A DNA stretch of 64,000 bases, from positions 210,366,001 to 210,430,000 of the forward strand of contig OZ024743.1 of NCBI GenBank assembly GCA_964016885.1, in the 5' to 3' direction. The stretch is from Eledone cirrhosa (taxonomy: Eukaryota). The translations under genes and the position numbers were made by a program. Below are positions 28,801 through 43,700 of this stretch, in pieces. Within the stretch, counting starts at the first letter, position 1; each line of letters begins with the position of its first letter. The notes under the pieces were generated by a model. The model was not told the origin of the DNA. It was given only the letters and a program-made list of their open reading frames with translations, and made no database searches.

Positions 28801-31369
28801 TAGCCACACATGAAAGCTCTTCACTCCATAAGATATACCACAGTTTACCATCCTATAGCCACAGATGACAGCTCTTCACTTCATAAGATATACCACAGTT
28901 TACCATCCTATAGCCACAGATGAAACCCTTCACTCCATAAGTTATACCGCAGTTTACCATCCTATAGCCAAATAAAAGCTCTTCACTCCATAAGATATAC
29001 CACAGTTTACCATCCTATAGCCAGATGAAAGCTCTTCACTCCATAAGATATACAAGTTTACCATCCTATAGCCACAGATGAAAGCTCTTCACTCCATAAG
29101 ATATACCACAGTTCACCATCCTATAGCCAGATGAAAGCTCTTCACTCCATAAGATATACCACAGTTTACCATCCTATAGCCACACATAAATGCTCTTCAC
29201 TCCATACGATATACCACAGTTTACCATCATATAGCCACAGATGAAAGCTCTTCACTACATAAGATATACCACAGTTTACCATCCTATAGTCACAGATGAA
29301 AGCTCTTCACCCCATAAGATATACCACAGTTTACCATCCTATGGCCACACATGAAAGCTCTTCACCCCATAAGATATACCACAGTTTACCATCCTATGGC
29401 TACACTTGAAAGCTCTTCACTCCATAAGATATACCACAGTTTACCATCCTATGGCCACACATGAAAGCTCTTCACTCCATAAGATATACCACAGTTTACC
29501 ATCCTATGGCCACAGATGAAAGCTCTTCACTCCATAATATATACCACAGTTTAACATCCTATAGCCACACATGAAAGCTCTTCACTACATAGGATATACC
29601 ACAGTTTACCATCCTATAGCCACACATGAGAGCTCTTCACTCCATAAGATATACCGCAGTTTACCATCCTATGGCCACACATGAAAGCTCTTAATCCCAT
29701 AAGATATACCACAGTTTACCATCCTATGGCCACACATGAAAGCTCTTCACTCCATACGATATACCACATTTTACCATACTTTAGCCACAGATGAAAGCTC
29801 TTCACTCCATAAGATATACCACAGTTTACCATCCTATAGCCAGATGAAAGCTCTTCACTCCATAAGATATACCACAGATTACCATCCTATTGCCACAGAT
29901 GAAAGCTCTTCACTCCATAAGATATACCACAGTTTACCATCCTATGACCACACATGATAGCTCTTCACTCCATAAGATATACCACAGTTTACCATCCTAT
30001 AGCCACACATGAAAGGTCTTCACTCCATAAGATATACCACAGATTACCACCCTATAGCCACACATGAAAGCTCTTCACTTCATAAGATATACCACAGTTT
30101 ACCATCCTATAGCCACAGATGAAACTCTTCACTCCATAAGATATACCACAGTTTACCATTCTATGGCCACACATGAAAGCTCTTCACCCCATAAGATATA
30201 CCACAGTTTACCATCCTGTAACAAGATGAATCCTCTTCACTCCATAAGATATACCACAGTTTACCATCCTATAGCCACACATGAAAGCTCTTCACTCCAT
30301 AAGATATACCACAGTTTACCATCCTATAGCCACACATGAAAGCTCTTCACTTCATAAGATATACCACAGTTTACCATCCTATAGCCACACATAAAAGCTC
30401 TTCATTCCATACGATATACCACAGTTTACCATCATATAGCCACAGATGAAAGCTCTTCACTCCATAAGATATACCACAGTTTACCATCCTATAGTCACAG
30501 ATTAAAGCTCTTCACCCCATAAGATATACCACAGTTTACCATGCTATGGCCACACATGAAAGCTCTTCACCCCATAAGATATACCACAGTTTACCATCCT
30601 ATGGCTACACTTGAAAGCTCTTCACTCCATAAGATATACCACAGTTTACCATCCTATGGCCATACATGAAAGCTCTTCACTCCATATGATATACCACAGT
30701 TTACCGTCCTATAGCCGCAGATGAACGCTCTTCACTCCATAAGATATACCACAGTTTACCATCCTGTAATCACAGTTGAAAGCTCTTCACTCCATAAGAT
30801 ATACCACAGTTTACCATCCTATACCCAGATGAAAGCTCTTCACTCCATCAGATATACCACAGTTTACCATCCTATGGCCACACATGAACGCTCTTCACTC
30901 CATAAGATATACCACAGTTTATAATCCTATGGCCACACATGAAAGCTCTTCACCCCATAAGATATACCACAGTTTACAATCCTATGGCCACAGATGAAAG
31001 CTCTTCACTCCATAAGATATATCACAGTTTACCACCCTATAGCCACACATGAAAGCTCTTCACTCCATAAGTTATACCTCAGATTACCATCCTATAGCCA
31101 CACATGAGAGCTCTTCACTCCATAAGATATACCACAGTTTACCATCCTATAGCCAGATGAAAGCTCTTCACCCCATAAGATATACCACAGTTTACCATCC
31201 TATAGCCAGATGAAAGCTCTTCACTCCATAAGATATACCACAGTTTACCATCCTATAGTCAGATGAAAGCTCTTCACTCCATAAGATATACCACAGTTTA
31301 CTATCCTATGGCCACAGATGAAAGATCTTCACACCATAAGATATACCACAGTTTACCATCCTATAGCCA

Positions 31370-34300
31370 CAGATGAAAGCTCTTCACTCCATAAGATATA
31401 CCACACTTTACCATCCTATAGCCACACATGAAAGCTCTTCACTACATAAGATATACCACAGTTTACCATCCTATAGCCAGATGAAAGCACTTCACTCCAT
31501 AAGATATATACCACAGTTTACCATCCTATAGCCACAGATGAAAGCTCTTCAGTCCATAAGATATACCACAGTTTACCATCCTATAGCCACACATGAAAGC
31601 TCTTCACTCCATAAGATATACCACAGTTTACCATCTTATAGCCACAGATGAAAGCTCTTCACTCCATAAGATATACCATAGTTTACCATCCTGTAGCCAG
31701 ATGAAAGCTCTTCACTCCATAAGATATACCACAGTTTACCATCCTATAGCCACACATGAAAGCTCTTCACTCCATAAGTTATACCACAGTTTACCATCCT
31801 ATAGCCAGATGAAAGCTCTTCACTCCATAAGATATACCACAGTCTACCATCCTATAGCCACACATGAAAGCTCTTCACTCCATAAGATATACCACATTTT
31901 ACCACACTTTAGCCACAGATGAAAGCTCTTCACTCTATAAGATATACCACAGTTTACCATCCTATAGCCAGATGAAAGCTCTTCACTCCATAAGATATAC
32001 CACAGATTACCATCCTATTGCCATAGATGAAAGCTCTTCACTCCATAAGATATACCACAGTTTACCATCCTATAGCCACACATGAAAGCTCTTCACTCCA
32101 TAAGATATACCACAGTTTACCATCCTATAGCCAGATGAAAGCACTTCACTCCATAAGATATATACCACAGTTTACCATCTTATAGCCACAGATGAAAGCT
32201 CTTCACTCCATAAGATATACCACAGTTTACCATCCTGTAGCCAGATGAAAGCTCTTCACTCCATAAGATATACCACAGTTTACCATCCTATAGCCACACA
32301 TGAAAGCTCTTCACTCCATAAGTTATACCACAGTTTACCATCCTATAGCCAGATGAAAGCTCTTCACTCCATAAGATATACCACAGTCTACCATCCTATA
32401 GCCACACATGAAAGCTCTTCACTCCATAAGATATACCACATTTTACCACACTTTAGCCACAGATGAAAGCTCTTCACTCCATAAGATATACCACAGATTA
32501 CCATCCTATTGCCACAGATGAAAGCTCTTCACTCCATAAGATATACCACAGTTTACCATCCTATAGCCACACATGAAAGCTCTTCACTCCATAAGATATA
32601 CCACAGTTTACCATCCTATAGCCACACATGAAAGCTCTTCACTTCATAAGATATACCACAGTTTACCATCCTATAGCCACAGAGGAAACTCTTCAGTCCA
32701 TAAGATATACCACAGTTTACCATTCTATGGCCACACATGAAAGCTCTTCACCCCATAAGATATACCACAGTTTACCATCCTGTAACAAGATGAATGCTCT
32801 TCACTCCATAAGATATACCACAGTTTACCATCCTATAGCCACACATGAAAGCTCTTCACTCCATAAGATATACCACAGTTTACCATCCTATAGCCACACA
32901 TGACAGCTCTTCACTTCATAAGATATACCACAGTTTACCATCCAATAGCCACAGATTAAACCCTTCACTCCATAAGTTATACCGCAGTTTACCATCCTAT
33001 AGCCAAATGAAAGCTCTTCACTCCATAAGATATACCACAGTTTACCATCCTATAGCCAGATGAAAGCTCTTCACTCCATAATATATACCACAGTTCACCA
33101 TCCTATAGCCACAGATGAAAGCTCTTCACTCCATAAGATATACCACACTTTACCATCCTATAGCCACACATGAAAGCTCTTCACTACATAAGATATACCA
33201 CAGTTTACCATCCTATAGCCAGATGAAAGCACTTCACTCCATAAGATATATACCACAGTTTACCATCCTATAGCCACAGATGAAAGCTCTTCACTCCATA
33301 AGATATACCACAGTTTACCATCCTATAGCCATACATGACAGCTCTTCAGTCCATAAGATATACCACAGTTTACCATCCTATAGCCACACATGAAAGCTCT
33401 TCACTCCATAAGATATACCACAGTTTACCATGTTATAGCCACAGATGAAAGCTCTTCACTCCATAAGATATACCATAGTTTACCATCCTGTAGCCAGATG
33501 AAAGCTCTTCACTCCATAAGATATACCACAGTTTACCATCCTATAGCCACACATGAAAGCTCTTCACTCCATAAGTTATACCACAGTTTACCATCCTATA
33601 GCCAGATGAAAGCTCTTCACTCCATAAGATATACCACAGTCTACCATCCTATAGCCACACATGAAAGCTCTTCACTCCATAAGATATACCACATTTTACC
33701 ACACTTTAGCCACAGATGAAAGCTCTTCACTCTATAAGATATACCACAGTTTACCATCCTATAGCCAGATGAAAGCTCTTCACTCCATAAGATATACCAC
33801 AGATTACCATCCTATTGCCATAGATGAAAGCTCTTCACTCCATAAGATATACCACAGTTTACCATCCTATAGCCACACATGAAAGCTCTTCACTCCATAA
33901 GATATACCACAGTTTACCATCCTATAGCCAGATGAAAGCACTTCACTCCATAAGATATATACCACAGTTTACCATCTTATAGCCACAGATGAAAGCTCTT
34001 CACTCCATAAGTTATACCACAGTTTACCATCCTATAGCCAGATGAAAGCTCTTCACTCCATAAGATATACCACAGTCTACCATCCTATAGCCACACATGA
34101 AAGCTCTTCACTCCATAAGATATACCACATTTTACCACACTTTAGCCACAGATGAAAGCTCTTCACTCCATAAGATATACCACAGATTACCATCCTATTG
34201 CCACAGATGAAAGCTCTTCACTCCATAAGATATACCACAGTTTACCATCCTATAGCCACACATGAAAGCTCTTCACTCCATAAGATATACCACAGTTTAC

Positions 34301-34790
34301 CATCCTATAGCCACACATGAAAGCTCTTCACTTCATAAGATATACCACAGTTTACCATCCTATAGCCACAGAGGAAACTCTTCAGTCCATAAGATATACC
34401 ACAGTTTACCATTCTATGGCCACACATGAAAGCTCTTCACCCCATAAGATATACCACAGTTTACCATCCTGTAACAAGATGAATGCTCTTCACTCCATAA
34501 GATATACCACAGTTTACCATCCTATAGCCACACATGAAAGCTCTTCACTCCATAAGATATACCACAGTTTACCATCCTATAGCCACACATGACAGCTCTT
34601 CACTTCATAAGATATACCACAGTTTACCATCCAATAGCCACAGATTAAACCCTTCACTCCATAAGTTATACCGCAGTTTACCATCCTATAGCCAAATGAA
34701 AGCTCTTCACTCCATAAGATATACCACAGTTTACCATCCTATAGCCAGATGAAAGCTCTTCACTCCATAAGATATACCACAGTTCACCAT
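31370..34790. repeat. Tandem duplication of ~1.7-1.8 kb with whole-monomer indels between copies
   Basis: The offset is 1742 at marker CCACACTTTA (31401/33143), 1797 at ORFs 31593/33390 and 31864/33661, and 1689 at ORFs 32628/34317 and 32845/34534. The steps are +55 and -108. Confidence 0.9.
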
Positions 34791-34799
34791 CCTATAGCC

Positions 34800-37700
34800 A
34801 GATGAAAGCTCTTCACTCCATACGATATACCACAGTTTACCATCATATAGCCACAGATGAAAGCTCTTCACTCCATAAAATAGACCACAGTTTACCATCC
34901 TATAGTAACAGATGAAAGCTCTTCACCCCATAAGATATACCACAGTTTACCATCCTATGGCCACACATGAAAGCTCTTCACCCCATTAGATATACCACAG
35001 TTTACCATCCTATGGCTACACGTGAAAGCTCTTCACTCCATAAGATATACCACAGTTTACCATCCTATGGCCACACATGAAAGCTCTTCACTCCATAAGA
35101 TATACTACAGTTTACCATCCTATGGCCACAGATGAAAGCTCTTCACTCCATAATATATACCACAGTTTACCATCCTATAGCCACACATGAAAGCTCTTCC
35201 TTCATAAGATATACCACAGTTTACCATCCTATAGCCACACATGAAAGCTCTTCACTCCATAAGATATACCACATTTTACCATACTTTAGCCACAGATGAA
35301 AGCTCTTCACTCCATAAGATATACCACAGTTTACCATCCTATAGCCAGATGAAAGCTCTTCATTCCATAAGATATACCACAGATTACCATCCTATTGCCA
35401 CAGATGAAAGCTCTTCACTCCATAAGATATACCACAGTTTACCATCCTATAGCCACAGAGGAAACTCTTCACTCCATAAGATATACCACAGTTTACCATT
35501 CTATGGCCACACATGAAAGCTCTTCACCCCATAAGATATACCACAGTTTACCATCCTGTAACAAGATGAATGCTCTTCACTCCATAAGATATACCACAGT
35601 TTACCATCCTATAGCCACACATGAAAGCTCTTCACTCCATAAGATATACCACAGTTTACCATCCTATAGCCACACATGACAGCTCTTCACTTCATAAGAT
35701 ATACCACAGTTTACCATCCTATAGCCACAGATTAAACCCTTCACTCCATAAGATATACCACAGTTTACCATCCTATAGCCAGATGAAAGCTCTTCACTCC
35801 ATAAGATATACCAGTTTACCATCCTATAGCCACAGATGAAAGCTCTTCACTCCATAAGATATACCACAGTTCACCATCCTATAGCCAGATGAAAGCTCTT
35901 CACTCCATAATATATACCACAGTTTACCATCCTATAGCCACACATAAAAGCTCTTCACTCCATACGATATACCACAGTTTACCATCATATAGCCACAGAT
36001 GAAAGCTCTTCACTCCATAAAATAGACCACAGTTTACCATCCTATAGTAACAGATGAAAGCTCTTCACCCCATAAGATATACCACAGTTTACCATCCTAT
36101 GGCCACACATGAAAGCTCTTCACCCCATTAGATATACCACAGTTTACCATCCTATGGCTACACGTGAAAGCTCTTCACTCCATAAGATATAACACAGTTT
36201 ACCATCCTATGGCCACACATGAAAGCTCTTCACTCCATAAGATATACCACAGTTTACCATCCTATGGCCACAGATGAAAGCTCTTCACTCCATAATATAT
36301 ACCACAGTTTACCATCCTATAGCCACACATGAAAGCTCTTCACTCCATGAGATATACCACAGTTTACCATCCTATAGCCACACATGAAAGCTCTTCACTC
36401 CATAAGATATACCACATTTTACCATACTTTAGCCACAGATGAAAGCTCTTCACTCCATAAGATATACCACAGTTTACCATCCTATAGCCAGATGAAAGCT
36501 CTTCATTCCATAAGATATACCACAGATTACCATCCTATTGCCACAGATGAAAGCTCTTCACTCCATAAGATATACCACAGTTTACCATCCTATAGCCACA
36601 GAGGAAACTCTTCACTCCATAAGATATACCACAGTTTACCATTCTATGGCCACACATGAAAGCTCTTCACCCCATAAGATATACCACAGTTTACCATCCT
36701 GTAACAAGATGAATGCTCTTCACTCCATAAGATATACCACAGTTTACCATCCTATAGCCACACATGAAAGCTCTTCACTCCATAAGATATACCACAATTT
36801 ACCATCCTATAGCCACACATGACAGCTCTTCACTTCATAAGATATACCACAGTTTACCATCCTATAGCCACAGATTAAACCCTTCACTCCATAAGTTATA
36901 CCGCAGTTTACCATCCTATAGCCAAATGAAAGCTCTTCACTCCATAAGATATACCACAGTTTACCATCCTATAGCCAGATGAAAGCTCTTCACTCCATAA
37001 GATATACCAGTTTACCATCCTATAGCCACAGATGAAAGCTCTTCACTCCATAAGATATACCACAGTTCACCATCCTATAGCCAGATGAAAGCTCTTCACT
37101 CCATAATATATACCACAGTTTACCATCCTATAGCCACACATAAAAGCTCTTCACTCCATACGATATACCACAGTTTACCATCATATAGCCACAGATGAAA
37201 GCTCTTCACTCCATAAAATATACCACAGTTTACCATCCTATGGCCACACATCAAAGCTCTTCACCCCATTAGATATAACACAGTTTACCATCCTATGGCT
37301 ACACGTGAAAGCTCTTCACTCCATAAGATATACCACAGTTTACCATCCTATGGCCACACATGAAAGCTCTTCACTCCATAAGATATACCACAGTTTACCA
37401 TCCTATGGCCACAGATGAAAGCTCTTCACTCCATAATATATACCACAGTTTACCATCCTATAGCCACACATGAAAGCTCTTCACTCCATAAGATATACCA
37501 CAGTTTACCATCCTATAGCCACACATGAAAGCTCTTCACTCCATAAGATATACCACATTTTACCATACTTTAGCCACAGATGAAAGCTCTTCACTCCATA
37601 AGATATACCACAGTTTACCATCCTATAGCCAGATGCAAGCTCTTCACTCCATAAGATATACCACAGATTACCATCCTATTGCCACAGATGAAAGCTCTTC
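34800..37700. repeat. About 2.5 tandem copies of a 1141-1143 bp unit (21 monomers)
   Basis: Marker CCCCATTAG lies at 34981, 36123 and 37264, each followed by GGCTACACGTG. ORF anchors fall at 35241, 36384 and 37525. Confidence 0.88.
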
Positions 37701-40700
37701 ACTCCATAAGATATACCACAGTTTACCATCCTATGACCACACATGATAGCTCTTCACTCCATAAGATATACCACAGTTTACCATCCTATAGCCACACATG
37801 AAAGCTCTTCACTCCATAAGATATACCACAGTTTACCATCCTATAGCCACACAGCCACACATGAAAGCTCTTCACTTCATAAGATATACCACAGTTTACC
37901 ATCCTATAGCCACAGATGAAACTCTTCACTACATCATATATACCACAGTTTACCATTCTATGGCCACACATGAAAGCTCTTCACCCCATAAGATATACCA
38001 CAGTTTACCATCCTGTAACAAGATGAATGCTCTTCACTCCATAAGATATACCACAGTTTACCATCCTATAGCCACACATGAAAGCTCTTCACTCCATAAG
38101 ATATACTACAGTTTACCATCCTATAGCCACAGATGACAGCTCTTCACTTCATAAGATATACCACAGTTTACCATCATATAGCCACAGATGAAACCCTTCA
38201 CTCCATAAGTTATACCGCAGTTTACCATCCTATAGCCAAATAAAAGCTCTTCACTCCATAAGATATACCACAGTTTACCATCCTATAGCCAGATGAAAGC
38301 TCTTCACTCCATAAGATATACCAGTTTACCATCCTATAGCCACAGATGAAAGCTCTTCACTCCATAAGATATACCACAGTTCACCATCCTATAGCCAGAT
38401 GAAAGCTCTTCACTCCATAAGATATACCACAGTTTACCATCCTATAGCCACACATAAAAGCTCTTCACTCCATACGATATACCACAGTTTACCATCATAT
38501 AGCCACAGATGAAAGCTCTTCACTACATAAGATATACCACAGTTTACCATCATATAGTCACAGATGAAAGCTCTTCACCCCATAAGATATACCACAGTTT
38601 ACCATCCTATGGCCACACATGAAAGCTCTTCACCCCATAAGATATACCACAGTTTACCATCCTATGGCTACACTTGAAAGCTCTTCACTCCATAAGATAT
38701 ACCACAGTTTACCATCCTATGGCCACACATGAAAGCTCTTCACTCCATAAGATATACCACAGTTTACCATCCTATGGCCACAGATGAAAGCTCTTCACTC
38801 CATAATATATACCACAGTTTAACATCCTATAGCCACACATGAAAGCTCTTCACTACATAAGATATACCACAGTTTACCATCCTATAGCCACACATGAGAG
38901 CTCTTCACTCCATAAGATATACCGCAGTTTACCATCCTATGGCCACACATGAAAGCTCTTAATCCCATAAGATATACCACAGTTTACCATCCTATGGCCA
39001 CACATGAAAGCTCTGCACTCCATAAGATATACCACATTTTACCATACTTTAGCCACAGATGAAAGCTCTTCACTCCATAAGATATACCACAGTTTACCAT
39101 CCTATAGCCAGATGAAAGCTCTTCACTCCATAAGATATACCACAGATTACCATCCTATTGCCACAGATGAAAGCTCTTCACTCCATAAGATATACCACAG
39201 TTTACCATCCTATGACCACACATGATAGCTCTTCACTCCATAAGATATACCACAGTTTACCATCCTATAGCCACACATGAAAGGTCTTCACTCCATAAGA
39301 TATACAACAGTTTACCATCCTATAGCCACACATGAAAGCTCTTCACTTCATAAGATATACCACAGTTTACCATCCTATAGCCACAGATGAAACTCTTCAC
39401 TCCATAAGATATACCACAGTTTACCATTCTATGGCCGCACATGAAAGCTCTTCACCCCATAAGATATACCACAGTTTACCATCCTGCAACAAGATGAATC
39501 CTCTTCACTCCATAAGATATACCACAGTTTACCATCCTATAGCCACACATGAAAGCTCTTCACTCCATAAGATATACCACAATTTACCATCCTATAGCCA
39601 CACATGAAAGCTCTTCACTTCATAAGATATACCACAGTTTACCATCCTATGGCTACACTTGAAAGCTCTTCACTCCATAAGATATACCACAGTTTACCAT
39701 CCTATGGCCATACATGAAAGCTCTTCACTCCATATGATATACCACAGTTTACCGTCCTATAGCCACAGATGAACGCTCTTCACTCCATAAGATATACCAC
39801 AGTTTACCATCCTATAATCACAGTTGAAAGCTCTTCACTCCATAAGATATACCACAGTTTACCATCCTATACCCAGATGAAAGCTCTTCACTCCATCAGA
39901 TATACCACAGTTTACCATCCTATGGCCACACATGAAAGCTCTTCACTCCATAAGATATACCACAGTTTACAATCCTATGGCCACACATGAAAGCTCTTCA
40001 CCCCATAAGATATACCACAGTTTACAATCCTATGACCACAGATGAAAGCTCTTCACTCCATAAGATATATCACAGTTTACCACCCTATAGCCACACATGA
40101 AAGCTCTTCACTCCATAAGTTATACCTCAGATTACCATCCTATAGCCACACATGAGAGCTCTTCACTCCATAAGACATACCACAGTTTACCATCCTATAG
40201 CCAGATGAAAGCTCTTCACCCCATAAGATATACCACAGTTTACCATCCTATAGCCAGATGAAAGCTCTTCACTCCATAAGATATACCACAGTTTACCATC
40301 CTATAGTCAGATGAAAGCTCTTCACTCCATAAGATATACCACAGTTTACCATCCTATAGCCACAGATGAAAGCTCTTCACTCCATAAGATATACCACAGT
40401 TTACTATCCTATGGCCACAGATGAAAGATCTTCACACCATAAGATATACCACAGTTTACCATCCTATAGCCACAGATGAAAACTCTTCACTCCATAAGAT
40501 ATACCACACTTTACCATCCTATAGCCACACATGAAAGCTCTTCACTCCATAAGATATACCACAGTTTACCATCCTATAGCCAGATGAAAGCACTTCACTC
40601 CATAAGATATATACCACAGTTTACCATCCTATAGCCACAGATGAAAGCTCTTCACTCCATAAGATATACCACAGTTTACCATCCTATAGCCATACATGAC

Positions 40701-43700
40701 AGCTCTTCAGTCCATAAGATATACCACAGTTTACCATGCTATAGCCACACATGAAAGCTCTTCACTCCATAAGATATACCACAGTTTACCATCTTATAGC
40801 CACAGATGAAAGCTCTTCACTCCATAAGATATACCACAGTTTACCATCCTGTAGCCAGATGAAAGCTCTTCACTCCATAAGATATACCACAGTTTACCAT
40901 CCTATAGCCACACTAAAGCTCTTCACTCCATAAGTTATACCACAGTTTACCATCCTATAGCCAGATGAAAGCTCTTCACTCCATAAGATATACCACAGTC
41001 TACAATCCTATAGCCACACATGAAAGCTCTTCACTCCATAAGATATACCACATTTTACCACACTTTAGCCACAGATGAAAGCTCTTCACTCTATAAGATA
41101 TACCACAGTTTACCATCCTATAGCCAGATGAAAGCTCTTCACTCCATAAGATATACCACAGTTTACCATCCTATAGCCACACATGAAAGCTCTTCACTCC
41201 ATAAGATATACCACAGTTTACCATCCTATAGCCACACATGAAAGCTCTTCACTTCATAAGATATACCACAGTTTACCATCCTATAGCCACAGAGGAAACT
41301 CTTCACTCCATAAGATATACCACAGTTTACCATTCTATGGCCACACATGAAAGCTCTTCACCCCATAAGATATACCACAGTTTACCATCCTGTAACAAGA
41401 TGAATGCTCTTCACTCCATAAGATATACCACAGTTTACCATCCTATAGCCACACATGAAAGCTCTTCACTCCATAAGATATACCACAGTTTACCATCCTA
41501 TAGCCACACATGACAGCTCTTCACTTCATAAGATATACCACAGTTTACCATCCTATAGCCAGAGATTAAACCCTTCACTCCATAAGTTATACCGCAGTTT
41601 ACCATCCTATAGCCAAATGAAAGCTCTTCACTCCATAAGATATACCACAGTTTACCATCCTATAGCCAGATGGAAGCTCTTCACTCCATAAGATATACCA
41701 GTTTACCATCCTATAGCCACAGATGAAAGCTCTTCACTCCATAAGATATAGCACAGTTCACCATCATATAGCCACAGATGAAAGCTCTTCACTCCATAAG
41801 ATATACCACAGTTTACCATCCTATAGCCAGATGAAAGCTCTTCACTCCATAAGATATACCACAGATTACCATCCTATTGCCACAGATGAAAGCTCTTCAC
41901 TCCATAAGATATACCACAGTTTACCATCCTATGACCACACATGATAGCTCTTCACTCCATAAGATATACCACAGTTTACCATCCTATAGCCACACATGAA
42001 AGGTCTTCACTCCATAAGATATACAACAGTTTACCATCCTATAGCCACACATGAAAGCTCTTCACTTCATAAGATATACCACAGTTTACCATCCTATAGC
42101 CACAGATGAAACTCTTCACTCCATAAGATATACCACAGTTTACCATTCTATGGCCGCACATGAAAGCTCTTCACCCCATAAGATATACCACAGTTTACCA
42201 TCCTACAACAAGATGAAAGCTCTTCACTCCATAAGATATACCACAGTTTACCATCCTATAGCCACACATGAAAGCTCTTCACTCCATAAGATATACCACA
42301 ATTTACCATCCTATAGCCACACATGAAAGCTCTTCACATCATAAGATATACCACAGTTTACCATCCTATGGCTACACTTGAAAGCTCTTCACTCCATAAG
42401 ATATACCACAGTTTACCATCCTATGGCCGTACATGAAAGCTCTTCACTCCATATGATATATCACAGTTTACCGTCCTATAGCCACAGACGAAACTCTTCA
42501 CTCCATAAGATATACCACAGTTTACCATTCTATGGCCACACATGAAAGCTCTTCACCCCATAAGATATACCACAGTTTACCATCCTGTAACAAGATGAAT
42601 GCTCTTCACTCCATAAGATATACCACAGTTTACCATCCTATAGCCACACATGAAAGCTCTTCACTCCATAAGATATACCACAGTTTACCATCCTATAGCC
42701 ACACATGACAGCTCTTCACTTCATAAGATATACCACAGTTTACCATCCTATAGCCAGAGATTAAACCCTTCACTCCATAAGTTATACCGCAGTTTACCAT
42801 CCTATAGCCAAATGAAAGCTCTTCACTCCATAAGATATACCACAGTTTACCATCCTATAGCCAGATGAAAGTTCTTCACTCCATAAGATATACCAGTTTA
42901 CCATCCTATAGCCACAGATGAAAGCTCTTCACTCCATAAGATATAGCACAGTTCACCATCCTATAGCCAGATGAAAGCTCTTCACTCCATAATATATACC
43001 ACAGTTTACCATCCTATAGCCACACATAAAAGCTCTTCACTCCATACGATATACCACAGTTTACCATCATATAGCCACAGATGAAAGCTCTTCACTCCAT
43101 AAAATATACCACAGTTTACCATCCTATAGTAACAGATGAAAGCTCTTCACCCCATAAGATATACCACAGTTTACCATCCTATGGCCACACATGAAAGCTC
43201 TTCACCCCATAAGATATACCACAGTTTACCATCCTATGGCTACACGTGAAAGCTCTTCACTCCATAAGATATACCACAGTTTACCATCCTATGGCCACAC
43301 ATGAAAGCTCTTCACTCCATAAGATATACTACAGTTTACCATCCTATGGCCACAGATGAAAGCTCTTCACTCCATAATATATACCACAGTTTACCATCCT
43401 ATAGCCACACATGAAAGCTCTTCACTCCATAAGATATACCACAGTTTACCATCCTATAGCCACACATGAGAGCTCTTCACTCCATAAGATATACCGCAGT
43501 TTACCATCCTATAGCCACACATGAAAGCTCTTAATCCCATAAGATATACCACAGTTTACCATCCTATGTCCACACATGAAAGCTCTTCACTCCATAAGAT
43601 ATACCATAGTTTACCATCCTATGGCCACACATGAAAGCTCTTCACCCCATAAGATATACCACAGTTTACCATCCTATAGACAGATTAAAGCTCTTCACTC

